The notes under the pieces were generated by a model that was not told the origin of the DNA, did not search any database, and was given only the letters and a program-made list of their open reading frames with translations. Of a stretch of DNA of 64,000 bases, positions 60,386 through 64,000 are shown piece by piece (position 1 is the first letter of the stretch; each line of letters starts with the position of its first letter). The translations under genes were made by a program, and so were the position numbers. Origin of the DNA: Podospora anserina (taxonomy: Eukaryota); contig CM030338.1 of the NCBI GenBank assembly GCA_017654855.1, positions 930,001-994,000 of the forward strand, in the 5' to 3' direction.

Positions 60386-61611
60386 TCAGTTCTCCCCCCC
60401 ATCCGGACTCGTCCCCTCAACAACAATATTCCCCCCCTCCCCCTCCCCCGCCTGTCCATCCCCATCCTCCCCTCCCTCCCCTCCCTTCCCCCCATCCTCC
60501 CCCTCCGACGGCGCCACCGGAAAGTTCAAATGCTTCCAATCCTCCAACTCCTCCGTCACACTCCTCAACCTATCCCTAATACTCTCAATCGCATAACTCC
60601 CCAGCAGCAACCTCAACGGCGGATAAGAACAATGCCCCAACTGCCACACCAGCTCCGCACACTTCACCGCGCTCGTCGGCTGCCTATCCCCCAACCACTG
60701 CACCATCCTCTTCGCGTGCAACGCCGGGCTCGTCGCATGACTATACGCCTCACTCGCCGGCTTGATCAAAAAGTGCCCCCAAGTCGGCAGACTGTTTGTA
60801 ATCTCGGCCGGCTCGTCCCTCCTCACCAGCCCCGGCTCCACCAGCGTGGCCTTGATCCCGAAGCTGTCAACCTCGTACAGCATCGCCTCTATCAGCCCCT
60901 CCACCGCATACTTTGTCGCGCAGTACGGTCCTAACCCAGGCACACCCAGCGCGCCGGAGGTGGAGCTGAAAATCAGATACCGCCCCCCGTTTTGCTGCCG
61001 AAAATACGGCAGTGACGCCTGCAGGATATGCAAAGTACCCATGAAATTCGTCTCGAACTGGTTGCGCACTTCATATTCATCCTGGTCTTCACACGCGCCG
61101 ATGACGCCGTAGCCGGAGCAGTTGGCTATGCAGTCAATCCTCCCGAAGCGATCAAGCGTTTTCTCCATCACTTTCGACACGGAAGCATAGTCACGCACGT
61201 CGCAAAGAGTGCCGAGGCAGGAGTCGGAATTGAGAGTAGCGATCTGGGCCGGGGTCGTCTCAAAGACGCGGCCGACGGTGGTGACGAGGTCCGAGTGGGA
61301 GAGGATGGACTTGACGAGGGAGCGGCCCATGTGGCCTGTTCCGCCGAAGACCTTTGGGGGCAATCTGTCAGTCTTGATGTACTGTGGAAGGAAATGATAG
61401 GAAGGGAACATGCAATCCAAACAAGCTGTTTAGCAGGCGGCTGCCCAGGCTGGGGCGGCTCGCAGCTGGCTGGGAGCTGGAGCTTGGGTTTGTTGCTCCC
61501 TTCTCCTCTTCCTCCTCCATCTCGGCCTGTGGGTGTAGCTGTTGTTGGGGCTTCAGAGCCAGCGATGGAGCCCCCTCCTGCTGTTGTGTCGGCATTGCTG
61601 CGGATATCCAT
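60386..61611 (-). CDS. Classical short-chain dehydrogenase/reductase
   Basis: VWI|VFGGTGHMG Rossmann motif, CDV, FETNFMG, SSTSG, YCATK catalytic YxxxK, VEPG. Intron 61352-61413 with a GC donor. Confidence 0.9.
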
Positions 61612-62181
61612 CTTTGCTTCTTGCCCAATAATCCTTCACTACCCTCAAGCGGTGTGTGATGTCAGGTTTGTTATGCCCCAAAGTGCCCGTGAAAAAGTCC
61701 GTGATTGAGGGTATGAGCGCTCCTCCCACTCAAACTCGACAAAATCTCAAAAAAGGGGGGGGCAGCAATGCCAACCAATCATGAAAATATCACATATGCC
61801 TGCCTGCCCCAGCCAAGCAAAAACCTCAAGTCATTTCTCCGTTTAAATCTTCAGCAGAAACCTTTTGAGTCAAAAGAAAACACACACTCAATATCCTAAA
61901 CTCATAACCCGTCACGGCTGATGTCGTTGCTCTTGGACGACGTCGAAAAGTCTTGGCAAATGGCACTTGCTCAAAGAGCGAAACCCGAACCCTTCAAACC
62001 TCAACTGCCGAGGAGCCAATCACGTGATACGTCCGGATCAAAAACCCCCCTGAAGCCCCTGAGTTGGAGTGGAGTACATCTTCCATCATCACCAAAACCC
62101 AAGGTCAAACAAAGTCCAGAATTATCAGAAAACTGGGGTTCTACCTCTTTCATTACTATCTACCTCACATGTGCTCATTTC

Positions 62182-62184
<3 letters not shown>

Positions 62185-62266
<82 letters not shown>
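62185..62266. repeat. (TG)41 microsatellite
   Basis: Perfect TG run in intergenic DNA. Confidence 0.97.
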
Positions 62267-62269
<3 letters not shown>

Positions 62270-62895
62270 CTGTGTGCAAAAACAGGCCATCATCCATGGC
62301 CAGCTAGAACCCTTTGACTGCATCCAGCTTCAGGTCGTAGGTAGGTATGTTCAATCCCAAACAACAAAAACATCCCAAGTTAGTCCCCAAAACCAAAAAA
62401 AACCAACTCGCCATCCAAAACATTATTTGCCCACTCGTTGCTGTTGTTCTTCTTGTTGTTGTTTCCTACCCAGTTCATAAATACATCCCAACAAAAATAA
62501 GCAAAATGCAAAACTGACTGGGAAAAACCGCCCGCCAAACCCCCCAGAAAAACTCAATGCTATTTTGTGCCGCCCCGTTGCCCATTCGTTGTTTTTCTAA
62601 ACCAGACCAGAAGATGCTGCGTCCCAGAAACAAAAAAAGCCTAAACACCATACTCGTAAACATGCTTCGCTTGACGCCCTGGGAGTCTCCCTCCTATTTT
62701 CAGACGACGACCTTCCTTTTTTTTTCGGAGCAGAAAAAACCGTCCCAATGTTGATGACAAGGGGAAAAAATTGAATACATACGCCTCCCGCACTCGACTT
62801 GATACAGGAAAACAGAGAAACTATTACAAGAGTTAAAAGGTGCATACTGGATGTCGCATGTTGTGCTGAAATGAAGCAACATCAGTTCAAATATG

Positions 62896-63935
62896 TTACT
62901 GATAGATGAGTTGGCAATGGCCCCCGGGATGATATTGGCGGTCCAGCGCTGGCTGGACCACTTCACGCGCCATCTTGTAAAGGTTGACCCCTTCAGCAAC
63001 TCTGACGGGGCGATATGCGTACTCTAATGTTGGCTGAACAGCTGGGGATTTTGGCAGCATCTTGTACAGATGACTGCCTTCGGCAACCTTGAATCGATTC
63101 TCGATGGGTTCACAGCTGTCGATCCACGCGTCTGGGCGAGGGCCATATTGTTGGAGCCACCGCCATCTTTGTTCGTCTCTTTTCGAGGCTGCCATCACAT
63201 GTCAGCATGCAATTCGTTTGCAATCGGTATAATGACAAAGCAAACCAACTTACCAAGTTCCTGAGCGGCGTCAAGGTAATTTTTCGGAAGCCAGTCGTAC
63301 CGGTGTTCAACCAACTCCTCCGGCGATCTCTCAAGGAGGAGTCTCGGACGGCCATACGTCCGCACTTTGCTTTCTTCGAGTCGGTGAGGAACGCCCTTGT
63401 ACACTACGTACTCGGCGTAATCCTCATTGAGGACCAAGTCACTGTTCTTGGGGTCCGCCCCTGCGGGGTTGGTTGTCAAGAATGGTGGCGAGTCCAAGAC
63501 GAGTAGCTTCTCATCGGTGTTGTTCATGAGCGGAACCAGGAGATTCTGACGATAAAAAATGCATTGGACCCCAGTGATTTTGCGATTATCCTGCGGGTCC
63601 GCAGCTGGCCATTGGTGGATGTAGGCACGTTCGATGTCCTTCCACGCCTTCGTGAGATCTTCTCTGTGATAGATAATAAAGTCTTGTTGTTCAGTCGTGT
63701 ACTTCTGGTTGCTGCGCTTCCCCTTTTTGGCCTCGCCTGCAGTAGCAGGCGAGGACTCGACTGTGTCAGTGCCTCTTACACGTTTTGTAGAGTATGGCTC
63801 GGTTCTGGGGCTGTTTCTGCGCCCCGACCTGATGGGAAACTCGGGGGTTGACCGCCCGGAACTGGGAGTCATGGTTGTCGACCCGCCATCTGATGAGCCG
63901 CGGCGTGAGAGCGGTGGAGAGTACTGGCCAGACAT
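62896..63935 (-). CDS. Hypothetical protein with a possible HTH/Myb-like motif; may begin upstream of the window edge
   Basis: Exon 63254-63935, intron 63189-63253 (GTAAGT...CTGAC...CAG), exon to TAA 62896. Motif KYTTEQQDFIIYHREDLTKAWKDI. The frame is open from the ATG to position 64000. Confidence 0.75.
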
Positions 63936-64000
63936 CCAGGATCTCTCTACTGAGCTTGAGCGAGAGGTAGACCCATTCCAGGAAACCGCCGAGAAAAATG

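Overview
Gene-dense, intron-containing filamentous-ascomycete DNA (GT-AG introns of about 50-70 nt with CTRAC branch points). Gene style suggests Sordariales, possibly Podospora; this is inference, not a database result. I resolve 21 protein-coding genes, mostly housekeeping: PIK1, an APC/MUP1-like permease, a conserved hypothetical protein, NC2-alpha, a Say1-like hydrolase, xylulokinase, SLP1, a Mei2-like RRM gene, SEC15, HAP5, FCF2, RSM10, MSW1, VPS45, MMM1, ALE1, a Ser-rich membrane protein, RCE1, VRG4, an SDR and a possibly 5'-truncated hypothetical gene. There is also an intronic C/D snoRNA, microsatellites and a few tandem repeats. I saw no transposon, tRNA, rRNA or CRISPR. The most interesting signals are post-transcriptional: (1) a cryptic, protein-like, in-frame extension of about 147 codons behind the HAP5 stop, gated by a TAG that is also a possible splice acceptor or A-to-I target, and then by a TAA; (2) a 1050-nt frame-symmetric low-complexity exon in mitoribosomal RSM10; (3) a U46/snR63-type snoRNA in the FCF2 intron with non-consensus but mutually complementary C and D boxes; (4) a 3-nt microexon in the permease; (5) a GC-AG intron in the SDR; (6) a 168-169 bp tandem repeat and a long 5'UTR intron upstream of the Mei2-like gene. 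All exon boundaries were read by eye.
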